Positions 39,718 through 49,857 of a stretch of 64,000 nt of DNA are shown here, one piece after another. A model generated the notes under the pieces. The model was not told the DNA's origin and did not search any database. It was given only the letters and a program-made list of their open reading frames with translations. The DNA comes from Ignavibacteriae bacterium HGW-Ignavibacteriae-1 (GTDB lineage Bacteria > Bacteroidota > Ignavibacteria > Kapaibacteriales > UBA2268). A program made the position numbers and the translations under genes. The stretch covers positions 462,698-526,697 of the forward strand of contig PGYU01000001.1 in the NCBI GenBank assembly GCA_002839825.1. Direction: 5' to 3'. Each line of letters begins with the position of its first letter. The first letter of the stretch is position 1.

Positions 39718-40797
39718 ATGACTAACTTTTATAACATTACTATCAATCGAATTATACTGCATCAGATCGTTGCCAAAAATGATGGACTCGAGCATGCAAC
39801 GGTCATTACAGACGAAAATTTATTTCGTTTTTCAGACCAAGTGCTGAAGGTAATCATCGAAAGACTTGCCAAAGCTTCGCAAAAGAAGGGCAAATCATTT
39901 GAATTGCTCATAAGCGACTCCTACCCTGATTCTTTTTTCGGATTGGTAAGCGAAGTTAACGAACATTCGGACGAAAGATTTATTCATGCTTCAATCAAAG
40001 TGGCAATGAAACTTGCTCAAGCCCAAACGGTGAATACAATTCCAGGTGGCTATCTGATTATGATTGACGCTAAGGATGAAAACGGCTATCCTTTGCCGAT
40101 TGTCATAAAAGCAGAATTGCTCTCGGCGCTGAGATATGAAATTCACAACCGCGAATCAACAATCAAATATCTGGATGATATTTTTCTCGACCCATCGTCT
40201 AAGAAGTTCAAATTTGCCCTAATGCAAAGGCGAGTTGAAGATGAGATGGAACTCGATTATCCGAATAGCCAATGGAAGGCATTCATTTATGATGAGCAGT
40301 TCTCGGTTGATTCCAAACCGGCGGAATATTTTTACAAAGATTTTCTAGGCTTCTCGGTTGAAACTAACAGCAAAATTCAATCAAAGCGATTTTACGATGC
40401 AACGGATGATTTCATAATGAAATTCGTAGAAAATTCGAGCGAAAAGGATGATTTGATCAAACTCTTGAAGCAAGAATTTACTGTAAATGATGAACCGGAA
40501 GTCAAACCCGACGAATTTGCAAATGCTTATTTGCATGACGACGCCATTCGCGAAATTTATATGAACGAAATTGTGCCCTATTTGCCGACAACGATTGAAA
40601 AAGATGCTTCATTATTCAAAGCAAAGTTAGAAAAAAAGCAAATCCATTTTCCGAATGATATTTTGCTCACAGGACCTAATAAAACTTTTGAATATAGTGT
40701 CGAAATAGTGAATTCATCAGATAAATTGGAAAAATTAGACACAAGCAGCCTCGATTACACAATATTGAAAATTAAGGGCAAACCTTACAACAAGTAA
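39718..40797 (+). CDS. ndpA: Nucleoid-associated protein NdpA/YejK-like (NA37 family)
   Basis: The N-terminal IILHQI aligns with E. coli YejK INQIALHQL. AEYFYKDFLGFSVETNSKIQSKRFYDATDDFI aligns with [32 protein letters not shown]. Length is 359 aa. Confidence 0.55.
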   Translation: MTNFYNITINRIILHQIVAKNDGLEHATVITDENLFRFSDQVLKVIIERLAKASQKKGKSFELLISDSYPDSFFGLVSEVNEHSDERFIHASIKVAMKLAQAQTVNTIPGGYLIMIDAKDENGYPLPIVIKAELLSALRYEIHNRESTIKYLDDIFLDPSSKKFKFALMQRRVEDEMELDYPNSQWKAFIYDEQFSVDSKPAEYFYKDFLGFSVETNSKIQSKRFYDATDDFIMKFVENSSEKDDLIKLLKQEFTVNDEPEVKPDEFANAYLHDDAIREIYMNEIVPYLPTTIEKDASLFKAKLEKKQIHFPNDILLTGPNKTFEYSVEIVNSSDKLEKLDTSSLDYTILKIKGKPYNK

Positions 40798-40857
40798 AAG
40801 TTTTGGACAGAATTTATAAAAATCACTTTTAATAGCATTTCATTCAAACAAAAATTT

Positions 40858-43761
40858 ATGATTAACGAATCTGATTCAAATATTTCCGAATTTGGCGATT
40901 ATGCTGACGAAATCACCGAAATAACCATTAAAGGTGGACGTGAGCATAATCTTAAAAATATAGATTTAATCATTCCACGCGATTCTCTGACTGTCGTAAC
41001 CGGATTATCCGGCTCAGGCAAATCTACTTTAGCGTTCGATACATTGTACGCTGAAGCTAACAGGCGATACGTCGAATGTTTGAGCCCATACGCAAAGCAA
41101 TTTTTGGGTATGATGCAAAAACCCGAAGTTGATATTATCGAGGGGCTTTCTCCGGCAATTTCAATCGAACAAAAGTCAATCAGTCACAATCCACGTTCAA
41201 CAGTCGGTACAGCTACCGAAATTTATGATTATATGCGGCTACTATTTTCAAAAATTGGAGTGCAGCACTGCGTCCGTTGCGATATTCCGGCAATCAAACG
41301 TACAGTTGAAGACATAATCCAAACAATTTTGACTGAATATAGTGATAAACGAATTCAAATCCTGGCGCCGATTATCAAAAGCCGTAAAGGTCATTATCGC
41401 GAACTATTTGAATTGCTCACCAAACAAGGATTCACAAAGGTAAGAGTTGATAAGAAAATTCGCGATTTAGTAGTGGGAATGAAGCTCGAACGCTACAATA
41501 TTCATGATATTGAACTTGTAATTGACCGATGCCTTGTTAATTCAAATCATACAAATAGAATCCGAGAATCAATTGATTTGGCGCTAAATCGCGGGGAAGG
41601 AAATCTCATAATTTTAGCCGAAACAAATACTGATGAATTTATAGAAGTGTTGTATAGCACAAAATACTCCTGCCCGAATTGTGGTGATTCATATGAAGAG
41701 CCCGCCCCGAATATGTTCTCGTTTAACTCGCCAAATGGTGCATGTGCCACATGCCAAGGGCTTGGTGAAATTAAAGATTTCAATTTGGCGGCAATTCTCG
41801 AGAATTCAAAACTTTCGATTTATGATGGTGCTATTGCCCCATTGGGTAAAAAGAGTTTGAGTTGGCTTTGGACGCAATTAGATGTTTATGCAGAAAAGCA
41901 CGGGATTGATTTGAGCGTCCCAATGGAACATTTGGAACAAAATAAATTGCATATGATACTCTACGGCAATGAAGATTCTATCGAATTGGACCATGATTTC
42001 GAGAGAACCGGACTGAAATATAAGCACAAATTCCTTGGTGTATTGCCTACTTTGAAGCATATTTATGAAAATCCTACAACATACAACCAGAAAAAAAATA
42101 TTGAACCATATTTGACAGACATCAAATGTCCCACATGCGCAGGTGGAAGACTCAAAAAAGAAACTTTGCAAATCAAATTATACGGCACAAATATCAAAGA
42201 GCTTTGTGATTTGGATTTGTCAGATTTGAGAGTTTCGATTAAAGCAATTGAAAAAAAACTGAACAAGCGGGAAGTTTTAATTTCACATCTAATTTTCAAG
42301 GAAATTAATAATAGATTGAGCTTTCTCGAAAATGTTGGGCTTGCATATATTCACCTGAACCGCCCACTCCGCACTTTATCGGGCGGTGAATCACAGCGCA
42401 TAAGATTGGCATCGCAAATCGGCTCGCAACTTGTGGGTGTATTGTATGTACTCGATGAGCCAAGTATAGGATTGCACCAGCATGACAATAATCGGCTTAT
42501 AAATTCTCTGAAAGAATTGCGTGATTTGGGTAATTCTGTGATTGTGGTTGAGCATGATAAAGCGATGATTGAAAGTGGCGACCACATTGTTGATATTGGT
42601 CCCGGAGCAGGTATTCATGGAGGCGAAATAATTTTTTCCGGTACGATGAAGCAAATGAGCAAACTGAGCGCTAAAGAACTTAAAAATTCTCTTACAGCAC
42701 AGTATTTGTTAAATGTCAAATCTATAACAATACCGGCTGAACGTCGCAAAGGCAACGGAAAATATATCATTTTGCAGGGCGCAACCGGTAATAATTTGAA
42801 AAGCGTAACGCTGAAAATTCCTTTAGGTACATTTGTGTGCATCACAGGAATGAGTGGTTCAGGCAAAAGTTCATTGATTAATGATACACTGTACCCAATA
42901 CTCTCACGATATTTGAACAAAAATAGCAGTTCGGTGCCTCTGCCCTATAGCTCTGTTGATGGTATTGACAATATTGATAAAATTATCGAAATTGACCAAT
43001 CACCAATTGGGAGGACTCCTCGCTCAAATCCCGCTACTTACACGGGTTTATTCACGATAATTCGAGACCATTTTGCGGAGTTGCGAGAAGCCAAAATCAG
43101 AGGCTACAAATCCGGGAGATTTTCATTCAATGTCGAAGGTGGCAGATGTGAAGAATGTCAGGGTGCAGGAATCAAAAAAATCGAAATGAACTTCCTGCCC
43201 GATGTCTATGTTACTTGCGTCGAATGCAAAGGACAGCGATATAATTCGGAAACTTTGCAAGTCAAATTCAAAGGCAAATCAATCGCAGATGTGCTGAATA
43301 TGACAGTTGAAGAGGCGAACGAATTTTTCACCGATATTCCGAAATTGAAAAAGAAAATCAAAACTATGTTTGAAGTTGGACTTGGGTATATTAAATTAGG
43401 GCAACAAGCTCCTACCCTATCCGGCGGCGAAGCGCAAAGAGTCAAACTTTCGGCGGAATTATCAAAAGTTTCGACAGGTAAAACGCTGTATTTATTAGAT
43501 GAACCCACAACAGGACTGCATTTTGAAGATATAAATATGCTATTGGCAATGTTGCACAAATTAGCCGACAAAGGCAATACAGTTGTTGTTATCGAACATA
43601 ACCTCGATGTGGTTAAAAATGCTGATTGGATAATTGATTTAGGTCCAGAAGGTGGTAAATTTGGCGGACAAATTATTGCCGAAGGCACTCCCGAAAGTAT
43701 TATCAAAAAGAGAAAAAGTTTGACTGCAAAATACCTGAAGGAGGAAATGAAGCAAAAATGA
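40858..43761 (+). CDS. uvrA: Excinuclease ABC subunit A
   Basis: Two ABC ATPase modules (GLSGSGKSTL; GMSGSGKSSL), zinc-finger Cys clusters and length 967 aa. Confidence 0.95.
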   Translation: MINESDSNISEFGDYADEITEITIKGGREHNLKNIDLIIPRDSLTVVTGLSGSGKSTLAFDTLYAEANRRYVECLSPYAKQFLGMMQKPEVDIIEGLSPAISIEQKSISHNPRSTVGTATEIYDYMRLLFSKIGVQHCVRCDIPAIKRTVEDIIQTILTEYSDKRIQILAPIIKSRKGHYRELFELLTKQGFTKVRVDKKIRDLVVGMKLERYNIHDIELVIDRCLVNSNHTNRIRESIDLALNRGEGNLIILAETNTDEFIEVLYSTKYSCPNCGDSYEEPAPNMFSFNSPNGACATCQGLGEIKDFNLAAILENSKLSIYDGAIAPLGKKSLSWLWTQLDVYAEKHGIDLSVPMEHLEQNKLHMILYGNEDSIELDHDFERTGLKYKHKFLGVLPTLKHIYENPTTYNQKKNIEPYLTDIKCPTCAGGRLKKETLQIKLYGTNIKELCDLDLSDLRVSIKAIEKKLNKREVLISHLIFKEINNRLSFLENVGLAYIHLNRPLRTLSGGESQRIRLASQIGSQLVGVLYVLDEPSIGLHQHDNNRLINSLKELRDLGNSVIVVEHDKAMIESGDHIVDIGPGAGIHGGEIIFSGTMKQMSKLSAKELKNSLTAQYLLNVKSITIPAERRKGNGKYIILQGATGNNLKSVTLKIPLGTFVCITGMSGSGKSSLINDTLYPILSRYLNKNSSSVPLPYSSVDGIDNIDKIIEIDQSPIGRTPRSNPATYTGLFTIIRDHFAELREAKIRGYKSGRFSFNVEGGRCEECQGAGIKKIEMNFLPDVYVTCVECKGQRYNSETLQVKFKGKSIADVLNMTVEEANEFFTDIPKLKKKIKTMFEVGLGYIKLGQQAPTLSGGEAQRVKLSAELSKVSTGKTLYLLDEPTTGLHFEDINMLLAMLHKLADKGNTVVVIEHNLDVVKNADWIIDLGPEGGKFGGQIIAEGTPESIIKKRKSLTAKYLKEEMKQK

Positions 43762-43878
43762 AGCAAAGCAAATTACATCGAACTATAATTTACCCTTCAA
43801 ATTAAAATATCTTACTTTAAATACGTTTTTACCTTTTATAAAATTTTAGAAATGATATTTGATTTAGATGGAGAAAAA

Positions 43879-44625
43879 ATGAACTTACTCGTATGTGTAT
43901 CACGTGTACCTGACACAGCTACTAAGATTTTTGTCGGTCCTGACGGAAAGACAATTGATAGTAAAGGCGTTAAGTACATACTTAACCCTTATGATGAATT
44001 TGCATTAGAAGAAGCTATTAGATTGAAAGAAAAAAACGGTGGTGAAGTAACTGCATTAACAGTATCCGCAGACGATGCGACTGATATATTGCGGAATGCT
44101 TTGGCAATGGGCGCCGATTCGGCAATTTTCATCAAAGCCCCAGCAGAGCCTGATTCATACCAAGTAGCTCACAATATTGCTAATAGCGTAAAAGATAAAA
44201 ATTTCGATTTGATATTTTTCGGTCGCCAGAGCGTTGATTTCGATTCCTTCCAAATTCCCTCTATGGTCGCTGAGTTATTGAACATTCCATCTGTATCTGT
44301 AGTTTCCAAACTCGAAGTTAACGGCTCGAAAGTCATAGCCGAACGTGATATCGAAGGTGGCAAAGAAACAGTTGAGCTATCAACTCCATGTGCAATTAGC
44401 GCCCAAAAGGGATTGAATGAACCCCGATACCCAAAATTACCCGATATTATGAAAGCTAAAAAGAAACCAATAGAAGAAGTTGCATTTTTCCAAGTTGATG
44501 CTGCTGTTGAAGTCATTTCAATTGCATTGCCCGTAAACAAACGCGTTGGCAAAATCCTTGGAGATTCGGATTCAGACATTAATGAAATAGTTCGCTCTTT
44601 GCACGAAGATGCGAAAGTAATTTAA
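43879..44625 (+). CDS. etfB: Electron transfer flavoprotein beta subunit
   Basis: MNLLVCVSRVPDT..., the classic EtfB N-terminus. The ORF track starts at 43852. Confidence 0.85.
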   Translation: MNLLVCVSRVPDTATKIFVGPDGKTIDSKGVKYILNPYDEFALEEAIRLKEKNGGEVTALTVSADDATDILRNALAMGADSAIFIKAPAEPDSYQVAHNIANSVKDKNFDLIFFGRQSVDFDSFQIPSMVAELLNIPSVSVVSKLEVNGSKVIAERDIEGGKETVELSTPCAISAQKGLNEPRYPKLPDIMKAKKKPIEEVAFFQVDAAVEVISIALPVNKRVGKILGDSDSDINEIVRSLHEDAKVI

Positions 44626-44633
44626 TATAAGGA

Positions 44634-45605
44634 ATGAAAATGAAAAAAATATTAGTATATCTCGAGCCACAAAATAACAGTTTCAAAAGAGTTTCGAATG
44701 AATTGATAACTGCAGCCAATAATTTAGCTCAATCAAGCAGCGCAGAAATAGTTGGATTATGCATCGGTGGCAATTCTTCAATATATCCATCGGCAGGACA
44801 ATTCGGATTGAAAAAATTAGTTTCAGTAGAATTTAGCGGAGCATATTCATCTACTGCATATGCCGAAATAGTTAGTCAAGTGGCAAAAGCAGAATCTGCA
44901 GATGTATTGCTTTTCGCATCAAATGCCACCGGAATGGAAATTGCCCCCAGAATTTCTGCAAAACTTGATGCAGGTTACGTAGCTGATTGTGTTGGATTGG
45001 AAATAGTTGATGGCAATATCGTTGCTACTAAGCCCGTTTACGCAGGCAAAGCATTGATTAAGACAAAAATCAACAAATCAACTAAAGTATTCTCTTTGCG
45101 CCCTAACGTTTTTACAGCAGTTAAAAATGATGTTGGAAGCCCTGAAGTCACTAATTTCAGTGCAAATATTTCTGATAATGATAAGAAAGCATCTGTTACC
45201 AATGTCTCTACAAATGCAGGCAAACTCGACGTCTCAGAAGCTGACATCATAGTTAGCGGTGGTCGTGGATTCAAAGAAGCCGGAAATTTTGCGATGGTTG
45301 AAAATTTAGCAGCAGCCTTAGGTGGTGCCGTCGGTGCATCGCGTGCCGTTGTTGATGCCGGATGGAGACCACACGCTGAACAAGTCGGTCAAACAGGAAA
45401 AACTGTATCACCAAATTTATATGTTGCAGCCGCTATTTCCGGAGCAGTTCAGCACCTTGCAGGTATGTCAAGTTCGAAAGTGATTTTGGCAATCAACAAG
45501 GACAAGGATGCGCCAATTTTCAAAGTTGCCGATTATGGTATAGTTGGTGACGTTTTTGAAATTATGCCAAAACTAACTGAAAAAATAAAAGCTGTCAAAG
45601 GCTGA
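44634..45605 (+). CDS. etfA: Electron transfer flavoprotein alpha subunit
   Basis: FAD-binding region VSGGRGFK...AISGAVQHLAGM. Confidence 0.85.
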   Translation: MKMKKILVYLEPQNNSFKRVSNELITAANNLAQSSSAEIVGLCIGGNSSIYPSAGQFGLKKLVSVEFSGAYSSTAYAEIVSQVAKAESADVLLFASNATGMEIAPRISAKLDAGYVADCVGLEIVDGNIVATKPVYAGKALIKTKINKSTKVFSLRPNVFTAVKNDVGSPEVTNFSANISDNDKKASVTNVSTNAGKLDVSEADIIVSGGRGFKEAGNFAMVENLAAALGGAVGASRAVVDAGWRPHAEQVGQTGKTVSPNLYVAAAISGAVQHLAGMSSSKVILAINKDKDAPIFKVADYGIVGDVFEIMPKLTEKIKAVKG

Positions 45606-45628
45606 TAATCGTTAAAATTAATTCAATA

Positions 45629-45657
45629 AGGTGGAAATCAAACTCCACCTTTTTTTA
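45629..45657 (+). terminator. Rho-independent terminator after etfA
   Basis: aggtgga-aatcaaac-tccacct followed by T7. Confidence 0.65.
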
Positions 45658-45733
45658 CAATCACTAACAATATCAAAAATCAAATAAAACGCAAGATTGA
45701 CAGTCTTTTTATATTTGAAAATGAATAAGAATT

Positions 45734-46324
45734 ATGGATAAAGTACAATTAGTAGTTTTAGGACTATCGGCAAGCCCGGCAAGCAACAATGCCTACGCTT
45801 TGATTATGAAAGAAGTGGACGGCGAAAGAAGATTACCGATAATAATCGGTGCTTTTGAAGCACAAGCTATTGCTTTGGAAATGGAAGGTGTAATACCGCC
45901 GCGTCCTATGACTCACGACCTGATTAAAGCTATAGTGGACAGTTTTGACTCCACTCTTACAGAAGTGCACATAAATGATTTGGTTGACGGTACTTTTTAT
46001 GCAAAATTGATATTCGATAACGATATTGAAATTGATTCACGTCCTTCTGATGCTGTTGCATTGGCTGTCCGATATGGAATTCCGGTTTTCGTGAACGCTG
46101 ATATATTGGATATGACAGGCGTAGTACCACAAGATGAAGAATTGCCGAATCATGATGATGATGATTTGAAATTTATGAAAGAACCTGACAAGAAAACAAA
46201 AACACAACCCAAAAGCAAAGTTGAGCAGCTCCAAATCGAATTAGACAAAGCAATAAAAGAAGAAAATTACGAAAAAGCAGCAAATCTTCGCGATGAATTA
46301 AAAAGACTTTTGGAAAGTTCGTAA
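45734..46324 (+). CDS. Bifunctional nuclease family protein (DUF151) with a C-terminal UVR motif
   Basis: The DUF151 core, then a C-terminal ENYEKAANLRDELKRLL UvrB/UvrC-type UVR motif. Confidence 0.6.
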   Translation: MDKVQLVVLGLSASPASNNAYALIMKEVDGERRLPIIIGAFEAQAIALEMEGVIPPRPMTHDLIKAIVDSFDSTLTEVHINDLVDGTFYAKLIFDNDIEIDSRPSDAVALAVRYGIPVFVNADILDMTGVVPQDEELPNHDDDDLKFMKEPDKKTKTQPKSKVEQLQIELDKAIKEENYEKAANLRDELKRLLESS

Positions 46325-46353
46325 AAAACGCTTATTTTTGTAGTCTATTATGC

Positions 46354-46427
46354 GCCGGAGTAGCTCAGTTGGTTAGAGCATCAGAATCATAATCTGGGTG
46401 TCGGGGGTTCAACTCCCTCCTCCGGTA
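46354..46427 (+). tRNA. tRNA with CAT anticodon (tRNA-Met elongator, or tRNA-Ile2 if C34 is lysidinylated)
   Basis: Hand-folded cloverleaf: acceptor GCCGGAG/CTCCGGT (G1-U72), D-arm GCTC-AGTTGGTTA-GAGC, anticodon arm TCAGA-ATCATAA-TCTGG, T-arm GGGGG-TTCAACT-CCCTC, discriminator A. CCA is not encoded. Confidence 0.8.
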
Positions 46428-46442
46428 CAAATAGAATTAGAA

Positions 46443-46471
46443 GAAGACAGAATACTGTCTTCTTTTTTTTT
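46443..46471 (+). terminator. Rho-independent terminator after the tRNA
   Basis: gaagacag-aatac-tgtcttc followed by T9. Confidence 0.65.
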
Positions 46472-46576
46472 GTGGAAAATTGCTAAAAATAAATTGTGTT
46501 TTCAAATAATATTGTTATTTTATGATATAAATTTAACAAATTTTACATTTTCCCATAACTATTGAGGCTGAAAATA

Positions 46577-48739
46577 ATGAAAACGCCCATCAATTCTACA
46601 TTTATGAGTTTTGCAATCGTGGTATTAGCTATCTTTGTGTTTCCATTCAATTCCCTTAAGAGCGAAAACGGTAAATTTATAAGATTCACAGGAGCGTGGC
46701 AACAAATTTTAAGTATGGCTGATCGGGGTGACTATCTACTAATAGGGACTTCCTCGGAAGGAATCATGAAATTCAACAAACAAACGGGAAAAACAGTTAA
46801 AGTAGCCGGTTCCGATTCTGTAATCAAAAATTTAAATGTTGACATGCAAGTTGACAAGAATAATAAAGTTTGGGGTCTTTCAAATTCCTCATCACTAATT
46901 GAATACAATGGAGAAGGGTTTAATATCTATAATATTTCAGATATAGATTATGGGTCTTTTGCATTTAGTTGTTTGATGATTGATGACCATGATAATAAGT
47001 GGGTTGGTACAGGCAATAAAGGTTTGTTCAAGTTTGATGGAACTCAGTGGAAAAATTATAATAAAGCTAATTCAAAGCTACTAAGTGATAATATATTATG
47101 TCTTGACAAGGATGTAAATGGTAACATTTGGATTGGTACTGATGTGGGTTTGTTTAAGTTCGACGGCACCGACTTTACCCTTTATCAAAAGGTCAATACC
47201 GGACTAATCTCGAATATAATCAAATCAATTGCAATTGATTCTAAAAATCAGGTTTGGATAGGAACTGACAGAGGTATGGTTAAATATGACGGAACTGAAT
47301 GGACAACATTCAAGGATAGTAACATAACTGTACTTGTTAATGACATTATCGAACTCTATATTGACAACAATGATAATCTTTATGTGGGTACCCGCGTTGG
47401 ATTTGCGATTTATGATCACACAAATTGGATTGAATATAATCGTTCAAATTCAGGATTGACTGATAATTTTGTGTCTGAAATCATTACGGATGCATCAGGC
47501 AATATGTGGCTTTCTGCTTATCTTGATGGTTTGATTAAATTTGATGGTACAAATTGGTCAAATTATCAATTTTTAAAACAAAATTATCAGTTTTATAGAG
47601 ATTCTCACGTTGTTGAAGATAAAAATGGAATAATATGGGTGCAAGGAACCAAAGCTATTCAAAGTTTTGATGGATATAATTGGAGAAGGTATGGTTATAC
47701 AAATTCTGATTTACCTGTAAATGTATTAGACTACTATGACCAATTATTAACCTGTATTGCAGTAGATAGTAATAATAATATTTGGGTTGGTTCATTAAAG
47801 TTCGGAGTGATAAAATTTGACGGTTCTACTTGGACAACTTACAATACTAGTAATTCAGGGCTTCAGGATAATGGTATTCGTAGCCTTCATGTTACAAAAG
47901 ATAATAAATTAATTGTCAATGCAGGTATTACGACAACTATATATGATGGTGTTTCATGGCAATCAACTAATAGACTGGCTACGAGTATGGCATTCGACAA
48001 AGCTGGTGTAATATGGAATGTTTCAACAAAACCTAATGTATTATGGTATTGGGAAAATATAGATGGCAAGGCTGTACAGGTACATTTCTATCCTCCCGTC
48101 TATCAAGACACTAATTTAGCTTTTATTGGTTTAGTGATTGATTCCGAGGATAATAAATGGATTTCATCTACTTCAGGATTACTTAAATATGATGGAACAA
48201 ATTGGACAAGATATGATTTCACTAACTTGGGTTATAATTTCCCTTACAAAGGTGTAGCAGCAATTACGATAGACAAGAATGATGAATTATGGATGTTTGT
48301 ATCATACGGGTATCTGGTACGATTTGACGGCGGAGAAAACTGGAAAGTTGATGAGACATTTATACCTGCGATGGGTGCACCGAATTACATTACGTCAATA
48401 ACAGTAGATATGAATGGCAATTTATGGGCTGGCACAAGTTGGAATGGTGTTTACGTATTCAATGAAGATGAAATTATTCTTAATCCGGCTGATGTAATCG
48501 AAACTTTTATCCAAAACGATTACAAAATCTTCCCAAATCCGGTTGAAGATTTCATTAATATTAACGGATTAGAAAGCAATAACTTCGAATACCATATCTT
48601 TGATTTGAGCATGAAACAAGTAGCACATTCATTCGGAGTTTCGAACCAACTGGATGTTTCAAGTCTTAATACCGGTATATATTACTTAGTGATTAAGGAA
48701 AAATCTAAACTACAAGCAATGAAATTTATAAAGAAGTAG
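46577..48739 (+). CDS. Beta-propeller protein with two-component-regulator propeller (Reg_prop-type) repeats and a C-terminal T9SS sorting domain
   Basis: About 12 repeats of the W.GT..GL.KFDGT.WT.Y pattern. The CTD is KIFPNPVEDFINING...GIYYLVIKEK...MKFIKK. The probable start is MKTPIN at 46577 (ORF track 46562). Confidence 0.7.
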   Translation: MKTPINSTFMSFAIVVLAIFVFPFNSLKSENGKFIRFTGAWQQILSMADRGDYLLIGTSSEGIMKFNKQTGKTVKVAGSDSVIKNLNVDMQVDKNNKVWGLSNSSSLIEYNGEGFNIYNISDIDYGSFAFSCLMIDDHDNKWVGTGNKGLFKFDGTQWKNYNKANSKLLSDNILCLDKDVNGNIWIGTDVGLFKFDGTDFTLYQKVNTGLISNIIKSIAIDSKNQVWIGTDRGMVKYDGTEWTTFKDSNITVLVNDIIELYIDNNDNLYVGTRVGFAIYDHTNWIEYNRSNSGLTDNFVSEIITDASGNMWLSAYLDGLIKFDGTNWSNYQFLKQNYQFYRDSHVVEDKNGIIWVQGTKAIQSFDGYNWRRYGYTNSDLPVNVLDYYDQLLTCIAVDSNNNIWVGSLKFGVIKFDGSTWTTYNTSNSGLQDNGIRSLHVTKDNKLIVNAGITTTIYDGVSWQSTNRLATSMAFDKAGVIWNVSTKPNVLWYWENIDGKAVQVHFYPPVYQDTNLAFIGLVIDSEDNKWISSTSGLLKYDGTNWTRYDFTNLGYNFPYKGVAAITIDKNDELWMFVSYGYLVRFDGGENWKVDETFIPAMGAPNYITSITVDMNGNLWAGTSWNGVYVFNEDEIILNPADVIETFIQNDYKIFPNPVEDFININGLESNNFEYHIFDLSMKQVAHSFGVSNQLDVSSLNTGIYYLVIKEKSKLQAMKFIKK

Positions 48740-48758
48740 TTAAAATATTTTCCAATCT

Positions 48759-49760
48759 CTATACATCCAAAGATTTTACAGCATCTTTGAGCTGCTTAAT
48801 GACTTCATCCTTTAGCTTTTTGGGTTCAATGTCAGCAATTGCATTGCACCAACGTGACAACCACGATATGAAATCGGATGAAATCGGCACCATCATTTCG
48901 ATATTTAGATTGCCCAATTTGCTTTTGCTGACTTTTTGCGAAATGTGGATATGGCGATTCTCGAAATATTTTACATATGCCTTCTTGATTACAATTTTCA
49001 CTATTTCTACATCGCCATCTATTACCGCAAATCTTTCAGTTCTGAATTTGTCATAGTCAAATTTTGGCTCTGTTTTCCTTGTGTTATAGATTTCTTCAAT
49101 GGATTTAATGTTTTGGATAGCGAAATTGGTGGACCTTTTGTGCGATGGGTTATAAGCTATAAGATAGATTGTACCCAGATAGGTATATAAAAATTGAGGG
49201 AAAATCGTATAATCTTTGACCATGTCGTCAGTCAAGCGTTCATATTTAATCTTAATCCAATTTTTCTCGTTTATGTGCTTGATGCAAAGCCTTAAGATTT
49301 CATGTTTGTTAGAGTAATCGTAAGCACCGATGTTTTGGTCACCATAGAAAGGGTCTTCCAGAAAAACTGAGCCGGGAACCATTGATTCTAACTTATTAGC
49401 CAATTCATTCAAATCTGTTTCAATAGTAGTGCCTCGGAAAGTGCTGATATACGCTTTCAAAATATAGAATGAAATCATTTCACTCTCGCGAATATTCTTG
49501 GGGCTGAAATCAATGTTGGAGTGCTTCTTAAGTTTCCAAAACGTAACCTTGCCCGATTTACGTTTATCCAAATACCCGTCATCAAGCAACACCTTCAAAT
49601 CTCGTTGGATACTCCGAATCGAAACCTCTTTACAATCTTCAATCAAATGGTCGAAAATTTCAGTAGAAGTCATATTATTATTTGATGACAAAAGTCTCAA
49701 TATTCGTAGAATTCGCCTAACTTGTTGGCTACTATCCAAAATTTTCTTGCTCATATTCAT
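48759..49760 (-). CDS. WYL-domain transcriptional regulator (N-terminal wHTH + WYL, BrxR/CapW/PafBC-like architecture)
   Basis: HTH region TSTEIFDHLIEDCKEVSIRSIQRDLKVLLDDGYL. The WYL core is in the region KIKYERLTDDMVKDYTIFPQFLYTYLGTIYLIAY. Confidence 0.65.
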   Translation of the reverse strand: MNMSKKILDSSQQVRRILRILRLLSSNNNMTSTEIFDHLIEDCKEVSIRSIQRDLKVLLDDGYLDKRKSGKVTFWKLKKHSNIDFSPKNIRESEMISFYILKAYISTFRGTTIETDLNELANKLESMVPGSVFLEDPFYGDQNIGAYDYSNKHEILRLCIKHINEKNWIKIKYERLTDDMVKDYTIFPQFLYTYLGTIYLIAYNPSHKRSTNFAIQNIKSIEEIYNTRKTEPKFDYDKFRTERFAVIDGDVEIVKIVIKKAYVKYFENRHIHISQKVSKSKLGNLNIEMMVPISSDFISWLSRWCNAIADIEPKKLKDEVIKQLKDAVKSLDV

Positions 49761-49857
49761 ACCCGATTAAATCATAGCACATTGAAAAAGCAAAAATACA
49801 GATATTTGCGATTAAACAATCAGTTTATGCAATAAAGCACGAAAAAATGATGAACAA

